From: the human T2T-CHM13v2.0 reference genome, Homo sapiens
NCBI RefSeq assembly: GCF_009914755.1
Contig: NC_060935.1
Length of the DNA: 64,000 nucleotides
Direction: 5' to 3' (one strand)
Of this stretch, positions 27,619 to 41,829 are shown in pieces (positions within the stretch are counted from its first letter, which is position 1; every line of letters starts with the position of its first letter). The translations under genes and the position numbers were made by a program. Under the pieces are notes generated by a model. That model did no database searches. It saw only the letters and a program-made list of their open reading frames with translations, and was not told where the DNA came from.

Positions 27619-28949
27619 TGGAAGTGAGAATGAAAAGTTAAGTTTGATTTTTTTTTTCTACTGTCAAAAAGACAAGTGAACCCTTTTAACACACTGTCTT
27701 TCAGAGATGAAGCTCTTTTAGTTGCTTTTCTTTTCTGCACACAACATTTCACCACTAATCCTCAAATCCTCTGCAAATGCCAGAAGCCGGGCCAAGCCTT
27801 TGCCTGGTGAAACTTTAGTAGTACAATATGGCCTTTCAATAGAAATGCATTTCTCTGCATTATCTTCTCGTGATCACAAAGAAATAGGAGACAATGGGCC
27901 ATGTGTCTTGGAGGAAGCAGTGCTGCTTACATGGTCCCAGTCAGGCACAAGAAAGTCCTGACGGTATTTAGGGAGCAGCGTTTCAGAGCATCATTGCCAC
28001 CTGGGCAAAGGTGGGGAAGAGGTTTCCATCATGAACGGAATAGCTCTTACTTCCATAATGATGTGATGCAGATCAGGCAAACCCCGATCTTCGGCTGCCA
28101 TTCTGCTTGGCTGAGAGCTGTTTTAGGGGATCGAGGAGCTCTCAGGGCCACATCACCTGGGCTCAACAGGGTATCTTGCTGAGTTTGAATGCTGAGACTG
28201 CCAGCAGAGCCCCAAATAGTCCTCGGATCCAGAAATAGCCTGTGGCAATTATGTTTTGTCTTCCTACTGCAAGGAATCCTTTCATTTTTTCTCATCTGTG
28301 AAGACAAATCTTCCAGTGTTTCTGGCAAATGAAAGTCCAAGATTAGCTGAAAATATCTATGAACAGACCCTGCAGCAATTGGCAATCTCGTCCCTGGGGT
28401 ATGGAGATACTAACAGGATCCTAATAACTGGAACAGGAAGCACTGCTGCACCACCCTTCCCCAGTCCTGTCCCAGCCCTCCAGTGATCCAGCGCCCAACC
28501 CCACCTGCCCACACACTAATGGCCCACAGCTAACCCAAAGGACAACATTTTACCATTTTACTAAGGGACAAAGAACCATACTGATGCTGCATTTTCTGTC
28601 CCTGGGACTGTCTCTCCCTCTCTGTTTCATACTGGGAGCTCACAAAGGCTGAGACTTCAAATCATTCTTCAGGAAAGATGAGTCTATAATATCACACTTA
28701 CTTACCTAGACTACTTCTGGAACTTGACTTTGACCTCCCCCTAAGGCAGGCAACAAGGTTGACAAAGGTTAATAGCAGGAAACAGCACAGAAACCTAACC
28801 CAGTCTCGAATTTTAAATAAACCCAGATAGAGAGGCCTGAGGATGAGGAGATGGCCTCCATTGAAAACAAAACACATTGTGTCTGATAAAAGGATGCTAG
28901 CTTTCTCCTGCAGCATCGAAATTCCTGTGAAAATGTTTGTTCAGTCTTA

Positions 28950-29430
28950 TTTTAAAATTGTGTGGCTAAATAGGTTTGCTGACTTTAAAGTTGCCTGCAA
29001 TTTTAAATAATTTCAACCCCTTTAAAAAGTTGAATTGCTGAGTCAAGTACTTAGAGACAAGGAAATAGGGGTTGGTTAGTGAACAAGGTTACTCCATGTT
29101 TTGTTACTACAAAAAAGCACCCCACAGAGAACAAAGGAAAACAAAATCAGACGAGACTCAAAAAGAGAGGGGAGCCGTCTTGAGATCTCTATGCATAATC
29201 TTCCCAACTGTTCCACAAAAGTCTCAGAGTTCAGTCTCTTGGGACACATCTGGGCCCCTGCCTATTTCTTGTTGCTTCCATTGGCTAGGCCTGGATCACT
29301 GGCCATCTCTGGATCTAACTTTGTGCCCAGTACATCCAACCCACATGGGCAGGGCTGGTGGAAGGGTTGGCTTCCCAAGAGCTATCTGCATACTAATAAC
29401 CGGAAAAAGAAGAAGGAAATGTTGTACACA
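28950..29430 (-). mobile_element. Old MaLR LTR (MLT1K/L-like)
   Basis: TCCATTGGCTAGGCCTGGATCACTGGCCATCTCTGGA..GGCTTCCCAAGAG..GGAAAAAGAAGAAGGAAATG pattern. Confidence 0.4.
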
Positions 29431-32400
29431 CTTACAAAGCTTTTTAAGAATATGCTATACTGAGCATAATATTTTACAGAGTAACACTTTAATAAAGACA
29501 TATTTGTGATTGGAATGGATTCTAATTGAGAATGGGCTGAGCTAAAAAGGGTTAAAGCAAAGCTATTACTGACTAGCTAAGAATAGAAATAGTATACCTC
29601 TTTGGTACATAGAAGACCCCATCATCTTTTTACATTCTATTTTTTCCTACTTGTTATTTATTTATTTCATTTAATAAGTAAATTAGCTTAAGTCTTGTTA
29701 TCATACATAGTTATATTCTTAATGTAAACATGAATTTAATATTCCTTGAGGGCTCTTAATTGGCCAGTCTCTGACTGAACTAGAATGCATGGTACGTGCT
29801 TCACGCCAAGGATATCACAGTCTGCTATAAAGGACCAGAGCCCAGATAGGAAAGTAGATGGACTCTTTGTAACACACATTGTAAAAATCCCAGCTGTCAA
29901 TCATGTTTCTCATTTTTATCAGGTCTACCTACTTCTAAAGTGAACAACTAGAATGCCATTCATTTATGAATTCAAAAGCTGTTATCAATCACCAGCTGTT
30001 TACCAGCCACTGTTCTAGGTAAGCATGTTATTCTTGAAGAGATTACAGTCTCATGTAGAAGAAGAATAAGAAATAGACGAGTTTCCTGAACTGTACTAAG
30101 TTTAAAGTCAGGTAAAATCATAGGGTGCTGTGGAAGCACAGAAAAGGCATCTCAAGCCCTGCTGCGGCTGGGGGTATGGGGCAAGGTAGCCATGATTCCT
30201 GGAGAGGTGGATTCTTGAAGGAGAGAAGGGCGGGGCTGGAGGAGCATGGACCCGCAGAACCCAGCTCACTCTGGTTGCCCTCCAAGACTTGGCCTGAACC
30301 TACTTCTTTCAGATTCATTCTTTGCATGAAAAGACAGATGGCAGGAAGTCGGGGTGAGAGAGAATATAGGAGAGGAGGGTGGGGAGTCTCGGATGTGCTG
30401 GGGCACTGGCCTTTGAGTGCACACAGCAAGCGCCTGCTTCCTTCAGAGATTATGTCAAAGACAGAGGATCCTCAGGAGGTACCAGTGACGTGCACACATA
30501 TGGGAGGGAATGCTCCTGCCAAGGAAGCACATCCTGCCAAGCAGTGCAGGCACCTACCACGGTTACCAAGAAAGTTTTTGGCAATCCGTGGGACATGCCA
30601 CCTTTACCCCCTAGGCCTGAAACAAGGAGGCCCTGGCTGCTCTTCTATACCCTGTTGCTGTTATGGAAATATTTCGGCAGTTTTTAAATAATAGTATTCC
30701 TACACAACTGAATGTTTCAGAAATGTTTGTTTTTTATTTTTTATTGTGTGTAGGGTTTTTGTTTTGTTTTTGTGGTTTTTTTTTGTTGTTTTTTTTTTGT
30801 TGTTGTTGTTTTGCCACCTAGCATCACGTCCAAGACAATACAAATATTTCAAGCCACATAGGATGCAAATGCAACAAACAGTCACCTCTTTGACATTGCA
30901 GACCTCAGGAGAAACAATCACTCATTTCTCCTCCTCTCTTTTCACCTTTCTCCTCCTCCAACCATTTTCTATCTTCTTTTGTTTTTTTATCCATTACAGA
31001 CAAAGAGACAACCCCACAACATCCAGCCTATGCTCATGGACCTTCCAAACAAGAAGCACCAGACAGAAAGCGTCCTCTCTGTCCCATTGCAGTAACACAA
31101 AGGAAAAGGAAGGATTTGAGATTTTGCAAAAGAATTAATAGCATCTTCACAGAGCTGAGATTGCAGGAACAATCTCTTTCCTTCATAAACCTACCAGCTC
31201 TCTCTCTCTTTTTCTTAGGTTGAGAAAATAAGAGAGACATCAGCAGGAGAGTTGACTGCTGAAATCCAGTCTTAACCTTTGAAAATATAATTTATTTAAA
31301 CCCAGCGTATTACAGAAAGCCCAGCGTGGATGGCGGATTAGGTGGCTGAGGCAGCTTCAGTCAAAGAACAGGATAAACTGAGTGTCTCCCCTGAGATCAT
31401 TCCTACGGGATGAAAATGCTTTCAGCCAAGATACTGAAATAAAAGGTCCTTGCCTGGTGGGAGAATGGATGGTAGGTGAGATGGCAGTGGAGCCTCCCAG
31501 GGGCAATGGCTAGTGAGTAGCAAGCTGCATCCATTTGGAAATCTCCCTGGGAGTGCAAAGAGGATGAAGGACAAAATGGCTTCAAAAGCTTCTAAGGACC
31601 ACCAGCAAAATCATGGCCCAGACAGGGCTCTCCCTATATTCACACAGCTGTCACCACCCAATTGACCTGGCAAAGTAAACAGGAGACCAAGGCATGTCTG
31701 GAAAACACGTTTGGGCCAAAAACCCATTAAGGTAATTTTCAACATACAGGCTCATCCTCTGGGGACTTACAGCTACTCCCTTGATGGAACTATAAGTAGA
31801 CAAACAGTACAACATCTACTTACTCTCCCAAAGCCTGTCAAAGTTGCTGTAGACCGACCCAAATGGCCTGATTGGGGTGCACAGAGAGAAGTGAGTAAAG
31901 AGAGAGAAGAAACACCAAGACAAATTCTACATACACTTTTTGTACTCTGTTGTTAGTTTTTTTTTTTCTGATCCAAAATGAACTTCATAGGAGAAATTTA
32001 GTATCAGTGAAAATGGGCTCAATTGCACAGTTCAGATTTCAAATATTTTCCCTGTGTAGCAATCATTCGTAGTGAATTTGCCTTTTTTTCAGTAGGAAAG
32101 AAGTCACAGGACATTCATTCATGTATTCATTCAACAGAAATACATTGGGCATTTGTGATGTGTTGGACCCTATGGAGGTAGTGGGCAATGCAGCAATGAA
32201 CAAAGTAATCCCAACACTTGCATTCCTGAAGCAGATCATCTGGCAGGAAAGGCAGACTTTGTCCTGGTGATGATTAATACCAGGAGTGTCGAGGAGAACG
32301 GCAAGACAGGGCAAGCAGTGAGAAGCACCCCGGAGGGCCGGTAGTTTTGGCCCATTTCACACCCCCGCTGGCTCTCCTTGCCATCATTTACATTCTGAAA

Positions 32401-33499
32401 TCAGAGTATAAAACCTCCTCCCAGGAACCTGTCTAAAAATAAGTTGGCCATTCATAAATTATGGCATCAATACAGAAGCCATGTATTGTTTTCCCTCCAT
32501 TTTCAGGCACTAGACTGGGTGTGAAGGGGAGAGGCGGATAAGACTCAATGGCAGAGGGCTGACTTTTACAAAACAGGACCCTTGGGAAATGCACAGCTTA
32601 ACTGCGCACAACCCTCCCTGAGGTTTGCCACAGGAAGGTCAGTTACAAGCCAGCAGTGCCCCCTGCCCATCAAGGGGATGTCTACACTTAGCAAAAGTTT
32701 GGTTGTTTCTCCATTACAGTTGTTTTTCCCCCCACGTTTTTCTGTTCGCCCTCTTCTGCCTTCAGCACACGAAGAGTAGCCATCGCTCTTTGCCTTCTGT
32801 TTAGCATAGATTTTAGAGGATGCAAAATAATAACTATCTCTGGTCCCCTTTAACCTGTTCTCTGGGCTTGTCTCTGCAGAATGGGTGGCTAGCAATTTCA
32901 CAAAGAATAGATCTTTTCACTTTCAACACGGTGAATGCCCTGGCTTCTAATCCCAGTTAGCACTCCCACAGGAATACATCAGACACCTGCGATCCTCAGT
33001 GCACTAGAGGTGGCAGTGGGTGGAAAATGCACATCACAGCCATTCAGGACTTCAGAAATGCTTTGAATCCCATTCATTTTCAAAATTTAGGCTAGGATTA
33101 TTGGTGGAAGTTTGATGCGGGTTTTTTTTCTTTTAGAGTAGAGGTGGACAGGACCTTTTCTACACTGTCCACAGTAACGCAACTGTAAAGAAATCTAAGC
33201 TGGGACCTGGGATGTCCTTGGCAGGAAGCACAAACCAGCCGCATGTCCATCACGGGCCAGGCATTCCTTAGTTTGGGAAGATCCTTCAAGAGAGAGGAAG
33301 GACTGGAGACTTTTCTCAATCTCCTGGGGAGAACATTTATAACTTTCTGAAGAATAACCAAACTATGTACAATTTGCCCTCAGTTCTCTTCAGAGACTGA
33401 AAAGACAGTGATAACTTGAAATACTTACGTAGGGGTAACCAAAGACGAGATTTTATCTGCTGCTGTTGTGAACCAAATTAGATATATTTTGAGGAAAGG

Positions 33500-33705
33500 G
33501 TGTATGTATATTAGATTTTAATTAAGTAGTGTTAATTATAATCTATGAGATGTGCTTACTGCTTATCAGATAATTATGAGAAAGCCAATTTGGCTGCTGG
33601 CTTGCGACTAATTAAGTGGAATTAGTAATGATAATTATAGATTTCATTTTGGTTTGCCTTTATTGGAAAAGGGGCAAATCTGCTTTGGCTAAGATGCGTC
33701 AGGGT
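33500..33705. promoter_or_regulatory. Candidate conserved enhancer (homeodomain-site cluster plus CArG box)
   Basis: Non-repeat AT-rich block with multiple TAATTA/TAAT motifs and CCTTTATTGG at 33657-33666. Confidence 0.4.
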
Positions 33706-34499
33706 GGCAGTACAGAATCCCCAAACCCCTGGAGAACATCCTGAGCTTCGAGACATCGGGAATGGCAGGAGGATGAAAGGATCAGCCTCTGTTGTGGCCT
33801 CCTGCCTGCCTCTCCCAGCATCACAATCTTACCAGACTAGTCCTTCTCCCCTGCCTCTCCCTCCAGCACCTCCTCCTTCTTCCAGTACAGAGAAGTTCCC
33901 CAGTCCATTTTAGCGAGGAAGAGGTTTGACTCCGAGTAAGAGACTTTAGTGACCTGACCAAGGGTCTCGGACCTGAATTTGAGAGAACAGGGACCATCTG
34001 TGCTCCTGTTGTGTAGATCGTGTCATAGTTTGTGGGGTCATGGGGAGAAGGAATGGCTCACAGCATCCTCCATGTCCCAACCCCAAATATACCACCTGTA
34101 CTGCTTAAGAGAATCATTGTATATTGCAAATTGATCGGTTTCTTTCAAGCCATCTTTCTTCCAGAAGTTACGTAACACAAATGGAGTAAGACAAATAATT
34201 GAAGTACAGGATCTACTTCCTTTGAAAGGCCATTGAAACCAACCTAAACTATAGACAAACTAAAACGATACTTTCTGTTTCATGTTTCCATGTGAAACAC
34301 TATTGTGAGGTTTCAATTGCATGTCTCCTCATTTAACATTCGCTTATGCCTTTAATATTAGAATTGGAATTCCTTGAGAACTGATGCTGTAACCATTTTT
34401 TTTTTTCAATTCTGAATGCCTGCTACTCACCCTGGAGCTGTGGCACCTGAGGCACCAGAGTTAAATAAAGAAACAAGTCACGCCATCCTAATTTCATCC

Positions 34500-34700
34500 C
34501 AGGCCATCACTTTGTAGCATTTTTCTCTTGGGCAAATCACTTAATCTACCTAAGCCTTGGGTTGCTTCATTGCTTTTCTTTTTTTGTATCTGTATAATGG
34601 AGATGATAACAGGACGCACTTTAAAGGATACGTAAAATGACTTATGTAGCGTTTAGCACAATTCTTGGCCCACAGCAAGCGCTCTGCAAATCTGTGTTTC
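34500..34700 (+). mobile_element. MIR SINE
   Basis: CTTGGGCAAATCACTTAATCT..ATCTGTATAATGGAGATGATAACAG..TGTAGCGTTTAGCACAATTCTTGGCCCACAGCAAGCGCTC. Confidence 0.8.
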
Positions 34701-34744
34701 TCAGTTGGTCCATGAGCTGCCTGCAGCTGAACCTCTTGGAGGAA

Positions 34745-34860
34745 CTGTAACAGATGCAGCATCTCAGCCTACCTCAGACCCATTGAATCAGAAACTCAAA
34801 CTAAGGCCCAGGTGTCTGCATTTTCCACAAGCATTCCCCAGAGGATTCTCACGCACAGTG
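34745..34860. mobile_element. MER5A fragment (hAT-Charlie)
   Basis: AGATGCAGCATCTCAGCCTACCTCAGACCCATTGAATCAGAAACTC..TCTGCATTTTCCACAAGC..CCCAGAGGATTCT. Confidence 0.7.
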
Positions 34861-37010
34861 GCACATTCATGGCCATCACAAGCAATATCAGCTCTGTGTA
34901 GAGTCCCAGTGCACATCAGCATACCACACCAAATGTAAGGAACATTCTTGGGGTGGGCTCAGCCCTACCTCAGCCTGAGTCATGACCAGAACAGATTAAA
35001 GGAGTTAAGACAGGTAAATTGGCAACCTGGAAGCTCCATAGCCTATGTGTTGTCATTACTGTCAGAAATGCAGCCCCAGTCAAGAGCCCTCGCAGAACAG
35101 ACTTTGCTGTGCACACAGGCCCTGAAGGGCTTCTTGCAGAGCTTGGAGGCAAGAAGGGCAGCACACCAAAGGAATCCTACAGTGACTCAGGTCAAGCGTC
35201 ACACAATTGACCCTGCCACTGCTCACACTGTTGAGTGGGGTCCTCACCCATTTGGGCCCCACCCAAGTCGCACAGTCTCGAGGAGCCCATATGCTGGGAA
35301 CCAGCTCCACACCACAGAGGACCACACACACCCACCGAACAAATGACACCCATGGCTTAATTATATCTTTGGAATCCACCCCCATTGTGCACATTCTTGA
35401 GAAAAGCCACCACCGGCCTCTCCACCCACGATGCTAAGGCCTGGCCTGGCCTTCGAAGAGCACTGATCTCTAAGCTTGCCTTGCTAATACCACCTGCTTT
35501 CTGAGCACCACCCAAGGAGCCAGCCCGGGAGGCTTGTCACCTCAAAATCAAGAAAAAGGGGAACGTTTCTAAAAGGGGCAGTGCCTAACTTAACCAATTT
35601 CTGCACACTCATTCTGTGGACCCCAATCCAAGACACACAGTGCTCTGGGCTCCCCACTTTTTCCTTCTTAGAGCAGGCATCCCAGCACATCCACCCCTTC
35701 CCTTCCCTTGATCGGATGGCTTGGTCTCAGTCCTGATCTCCTACATCTACAGCTAACCCATGCTTGCTCATCCATTCACTGGTGATCTCTTGCCCTGAAC
35801 TGGCTCTGTTGAATCTCTCACATCTCATGAGGTGCTATTATCACTGTATTTATTTGACAGATGAGGAAACTGTGGTCCGGAGGGTTGCCTGCCTTGTCCT
35901 TGTTCATGTAACCTGGAGTGGTAGAACCAGGCTTTGGCCTTGCTCTGCACCTCGGCATCCCACTGCCTTCTGCTTTTTCTGAGTTCAGTGAGTGTGTGCT
36001 CGTCCCATCCTTACCAGTGTCCAGGGCCTTCTGCCTTCCACTTGCTCGCCACGTGACTTAAGAGCCACAGTGTCTGGTTTATGATCTGCTCCCTCTTTGA
36101 GACTTGAACTATGCCCTCAGGCAGCATCACTCAGGCTCTTGTTCTGACTGTAAAATCCTATCCATTCTCTACCAGGTCTGGATTAAACCTCCTATCATGC
36201 ATGAAACTCTTTCTGACCCCTTTTCTGTAAAACACTATCTCCTTCCCCTGAAACCTTGTTGTGCCAGCTAACTGTCTTGTATTATTATGCATCTATTCCA
36301 GTGCCATCCATATCTGACTTTCCTAAGTTGGAGATAAACTGCTTACAGAGGATCATGCAACATTTGTATTTTTAAGCCCAATGGCATCTACCATAGAGCT
36401 TTGCCTGTAGTTGATACAATACTGAATGGGATGACTGAATAATCTGGACCTAAATTACTTGCTTTGTGTATGAAGTCTCACTTCTGTGTCATGCTGGAAT
36501 TATTTTCCACTTAATTACATGCCATGGCACCAAGAATGCAAAGGCTTTTGTTCACACTGAGTGGGGCCCAGGCACTTGGGGGCTCTGGCCAGGCCTATGT
36601 AGACATAGGTGGCAAAGATAACTGAAGAGATTACTTAGATGAATAGCTCACCAATGCTAAATAATTTTATCGAGATTAACCATATATGACTGTGAAGTTG
36701 TAACACAAATTTGGGACCAGGATTTCATCATGAAGCTAATTCAATTTGAGACATTCATTGAACAGCTTATAAATACAAAAGTACACGAGGCTGCCTCTGT
36801 CCCAAAAGAGTTTACAATCAAATATAACATTAGAGCTTAAAAGACCCTTAAATAATAAGAATCTAATCACCTCATTTTACAGGAGAGAAGAGTCAAGCCC
36901 AGAAAAGGGAAATTACTGATCAATGGCCACACAGCTTCCCAGGGGCAGACACAGTATTAGAGCCCAAGTCTCTGCCATTGTACCATAATTCTTCTCCCCA
37001 GTTAAAAAAA

Positions 37011-37041
<31 letters not shown>

Positions 37042-38269
37042 ATGTATGTATGTAACTGTGGCTACAATTTTAGATAGAGAAAATAAAATGTATTCAGGCC
37101 ATCCATGGGAATTATTTTGTAGCAGAGGTCCACAAAAGATCATGTATCTTAAATCAGTGGTGAAATCCATTGTTTATTGATAGGTTTTATTCCACTATGA
37201 AAAATAGGCTATGACTACACTAGGTGCTATATCAGAGGTCTGTCTGAGTTAAGCCTCGAGAAACAGTTTAAATTTACACAGGGTGAGATGAGACAGAAAA
37301 AAAGGGGGAAAGTTAAATGAAATAATGTGCAGGACAGTGTTCATAACCTTTAAACAAAACTAATGTAAGGTGTTGACTATTCAACGGGATGGAGGAGTAC
37401 AGGAAGGAGGGATGGGACACTGAGGCCCTTCTATTCCAGGGATGGCAAGTAAAATGGACCGACCTAAAGGTCTGATTTCTAGGAGATGAGAGAGGAAACC
37501 TGAGGTCAGAAACCTAATGGGCTTCGAGTGTCATGACAAGGAGTCTGTACTAAAGAAATTCCAAGTGGTGCAGTCTCCATAAAGCAGAAACCTGGGCACT
37601 TAGAGGAATCGGAATCAGAGTAAAGCAGATAGCTCTGTCACTAAGGCACAGCCTTGGAAGTGGAAGCAAGGAAGTCAGAAAAGCACAGTAACTGAAAATT
37701 CAGGGAACCCTGAAGCTGGGTTTTCAACTCCACACAACTCATCAATATAGATCAATGGTGGTGAGAGGAGTCACAGATATTTGGGAGGACAATGATGCCA
37801 ACGGTGTCATCAGTGACATGGGAAGAGAACATCTGAGAGGAAATGGGAGTTTGAAATCAGACGTCCTGCATTTGAGGCAGCAGACAACATGGAGTTAAGG
37901 GTGGCTAGCGAGGTGTTCCTTGTTAGCATATCTGGTTCACCGGTTTCATACGGGAAAGCATGGGTTTTACAAATTTACAACAGCAAAAATATCAACAATG
38001 TCTGTGAAAAGCCCCTGGAGGATCTGGGTGCTGCCTTACACCTGAGTGGGAGGGAGGGTAGGCAGTGGCCACAACCAGAAGGGAGGGTGGCCGGGGCATG
38101 GCAGTGAGGGGTGAGTGGGAGGAGGCTGCTGAATGCTCCTGTTACCTCTGTCCCATCTCACCCTTGAGCAAAATGAGCCTGTTCTGTCACCACTGAAATC
38201 AGCTACCAGAGCTTTAAGATTCAATAAAGATGGCAGCATAAATAAATGGGATGAAGAAAATTGATGTTA

Positions 38270-38874
38270 TGAAAACTAGCTTATTATATGGAGAAAAATA
38301 AAGCTTGTTATCTATTTTAACTCAGCAAAGATAGACACAGTATAGATTAAAAATTAAAATGATGAGGGTAAAACTGAGAATTCAACAGAAAAAAAAATAG
38401 AAGAATATCTTCATGACCTGGGGTAGAGAATGTTGGCTTAAACAAACGCCCAAAATGTTACACAAAAAATATATACATTTGATCACATTGAAATTAAAAA
38501 TTCACTTCAACAGAGAACATGATAGAATTAACAGATAATAATAGACTAGAAAACAATATTTGAAGTGTCTAAAAACTGATATGGCTAGTATTTAGAATAT
38601 ACAAAGAATGCATATAAGGAAAAAGACAATAACCTCAATAAAAATGTGGGCAAAATATTTGAATGAGAAATTTTAAGAGGAGAAAAAACAAATGCCTTAC
38701 AAATATATAAAAAGAAAATTATTTAGTAATTAGAAAAATGTTGAGGTAAAACAAAAATGAAATACCAGTTTGTATCTGGAAGAATGGCAAAATTTAGGAA
38801 ATACTGAAGAAAGTGAAGAGTAGGACATCCATAGCATTGTAGTTGGAAATGCGCACTAGAGCTGATAGATAGGC

Positions 38875-38910
<36 letters not shown>

Positions 38911-39237
38911 TAGATAGATAGATAGCTAATAGATAGATATGATAGATAACATAGATAAATAGATGATTGATAGATTAAATAGATAGATAATAGGCAGATT
39001 AGCTAGATTGATTGATAAATAGAAAAAGAGAGACAGTCTTCTAGATTTATAGATGGATAGATAGATGATAAACAGATTAGATACATAGATACATAGATGA
39101 TAGATTAGATAGATAGATAACTAGACAAAGGAATGGATGATAGATTAGATAGATTCATAGATAGAAAGAGATTTATAGATAGATAAATAGATATATAGAT
39201 AATAGATTAGGTAGATAGACAGATTAGATAAATAGAT

Positions 39238-39286
<49 letters not shown>

Positions 39287-39358
39287 AATAGGCAGATTAG
39301 ATAGATTCATAGATTCATAGAGAGAAAAAGAGATTTATAGATGGATAGATACATAGAT

Positions 39359-39395
<37 letters not shown>

Positions 39396-39597
39396 GATGG
39401 ATACATAGATGATAGATGGATAGATAGATTCATAGAGAGACTTATAGATAGATGTATTTATAGATGAATAGATGATGGATAGATTCATAGATGAAAGATA
39501 GATAGATTAGACAGATAGATAGACAGATTATATAGATAGGTAGATAGAAAGATAGCTAGCTAGCTAGATAGATAGATAGACAAATAGATGGACAGAT

Positions 39598-39634
<37 letters not shown>

Positions 39635-40960
39635 TCATAGATGAATAGATAGATTAGATAGATGATAGATAGATGATTGATAGATAGATGATAGATGGAT
39701 AGATAGATAGATAGGTAGATAGATAGATAGATAGATAGATAGATGTAAGAGCCTAAAAAGCACACATTAAATGTGTTTGAATTATTCTTTACAGGGGGAT
39801 GGCAGTGGAAAATGGGGATATCAAAGAATAACTCCATAAATAAAACAAGAAAAAGGTCTTAACTGCGTGGTCCAATGATGATAATGTCCCATGAATGAGA
39901 TATTCAATATTCTATATCTAGGTTTCTAAATTCAAAAAAAATCCAGCCAGCAGTTGGAAATACGAATTGGTAACTCAGAGAACTGAGATAAAAAGGAGGG
40001 ATTGGCAGATGCACACCTAGAAGTGACAGCCAAATCCACAGGTAGGTAGTGGATATGTTGCCAAAGAACAGAGCCAAGAAAGGAAATCAAGAAGAACTGA
40101 GGACACATAACAGATAGTAAAAACCACAGGAAAAAAATAAGCAGAAACTTTTCAAATTCATTTATAAGGCTACAACCATGCTGTGACAAAATCTAACTGG
40201 AAAATATTTAGACCAATTTTACTAATGTGTATATTGTAAAATAATAGTAAAATAGAATTTAGTAGCATATTAAAAATTGTACCATATCCAAGTAGAGTTC
40301 ATGTCATGGACACTAGAAGCTTTCAACTATCAAAGATTTATCAATGATAAGTTGTTACATTAAAATATAAAGGGAAATTACTTTCTTGGCATTCAACAAC
40401 ATTATTACTGTTATATACTTAACAGTTGTTAAAATTAACAACTATATGTAACGAAAAAGAAAGTAAAAAGAAAAATAGGAAAAAAGGAAATTTCCTAAAG
40501 CACATAAATCTTCATAGCAAAAACCAACAGCAAATATTATATGAAATTTTGAAGCACAGAAAGCAATTCCTTAAGCATGGGAATAAAAAAAGAATATCCA
40601 GTACTATTTTAGAGTTTTAAATAAACACTGTGAGAAGAAAAAGAGAAACATCTATTGTCATCGAAAAACAACATAGTTATCTTTTTAAAAATACAAACAC
40701 TTCATTTAAAAATGAAAACTTGCTAAGGATTCAATAAAGTGACTGGATATAAAAGAAATATACAAAAAGCAATAGCTTTGTTTTACACCAGCATTAAGCA
40801 GTTATAAAGTACAGTTATAAGGGAAACCCTTTCAAAACATCAAAATGTGTGACATACCTAGGAATTAATGTAATAAGAAATGCACAAAACCTATATAAAT
40901 AAAACTACAAAAATTATGGAGGAATTTTTTTAATGTCCTGAATGAACAGGGAAGTCACCC
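38270..40960 (+). mobile_element. Highly decayed L1ME-type fragments flanking the GATA repeat
   Basis: AAAATAGAAGAATATCTTCATGACCTGGGGTAG; AAAATGTGGGCAAAATATTTGAA; ATACCTAGGAATTAATGTAATAAGAAATGCACAAAACCTATAT. Confidence 0.65.
38863..39745. repeat. Long complex (GATA)n microsatellite
   Basis: ~880 bp of GATA and variant tetramers with several pure runs (e.g. 39241-39285, 39600-39633). Confidence 0.97.
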
Positions 40961-41214
40961 ATGATGAACTAACTCTTGCTGCTGTAATCAAAAGCTACCC
41001 TTTTCACTGGTGATCTAGATTCCAATTCTTCTCATCTTATTGGAGACTTTGCTCAGTAAACAATTTTCCTTTCTGCATCATCAAGTTTCTTTCTGTACCA
41101 GATCAGTCCTCTCATATAAATACCCATAACATTACAAGCAAACTGAAATAAGACCTGCATTACCACATCAGAGCTTGCAGCAAAACATCTCCAAAGAGTT
41201 CCTTAGAGTTGGTA

Positions 41215-41810
41215 CATTCCATCTGCATTATTCTGGGTTCCATATATGCAAATCCACCTACTTGCTAAAAATTATTTATAACAACAAATCAATACTTACA
41301 GAGCATTTCTGGTCATTTGTGGATGTGTGCAAAGCAGTAAACACATTTGAGTTGCCTGGCATGCACATTCCCAGCTGAGGTTAATCAAGGTGGTGCTCTG
41401 CTTTCTTGTCCAACGTTTCACAGTCTACTTAGTGCCATGTTTTTTCTGTTTTTTTTTCTTTTACTTTTTGTTGGTGATTTCACTGTTTAAAATGGCCCAC
41501 AGGCATAGGGCTAAATTGCTGTATAGTATTCATAAGTGCAAGAAGGCTATAATGTGCCTTACAGAGAAAATATGTGTGTTAGAGGATCTTTGTTTAAGCA
41601 TGAGTTATAGTGCTGTTGGGTTCAATGTACATGAATCAATAATATATATGAATTAAGTCTTTGTGCAAAAACACACATAACCCAATAAAGAACCAGAAGC
41701 TTGCAGGAACCTAACCCTGTATTTTCTCTAGGAGCAATGGTTTCATATTCACTAAGAGAATGTTTGTGGTGATTTTATAGAACATTACCACAAATGACAA
41801 AAATTGACTG
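41215..41810. mobile_element. Tigger4b (Zombi-derived) TcMar DNA transposon
   Basis: GCAAATCCACCTACTTGCTAAAA..CACATTCCCAGCTGAGG..GCAGGAACCTAACCCTGTATTTTCTCTAGGAGCAATGG..TTGACTG; flanked by TA at 41213 and 41811. Confidence 0.85.
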
Positions 41811-41829
41811 TATTTCTGTTTCCTCTGTT

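Noticed and set aside
30125-30691. 188-aa ORF
   Set aside because: Non-ATG start, begins in L2-like sequence, and has no recognisable domain or convincing splice boundaries.
32990-33020. Possible CTCF site (CACTAGAGGTGGCAG)
   Set aside because: Spacing does not fit the core consensus cleanly; too weak without a PWM scan.
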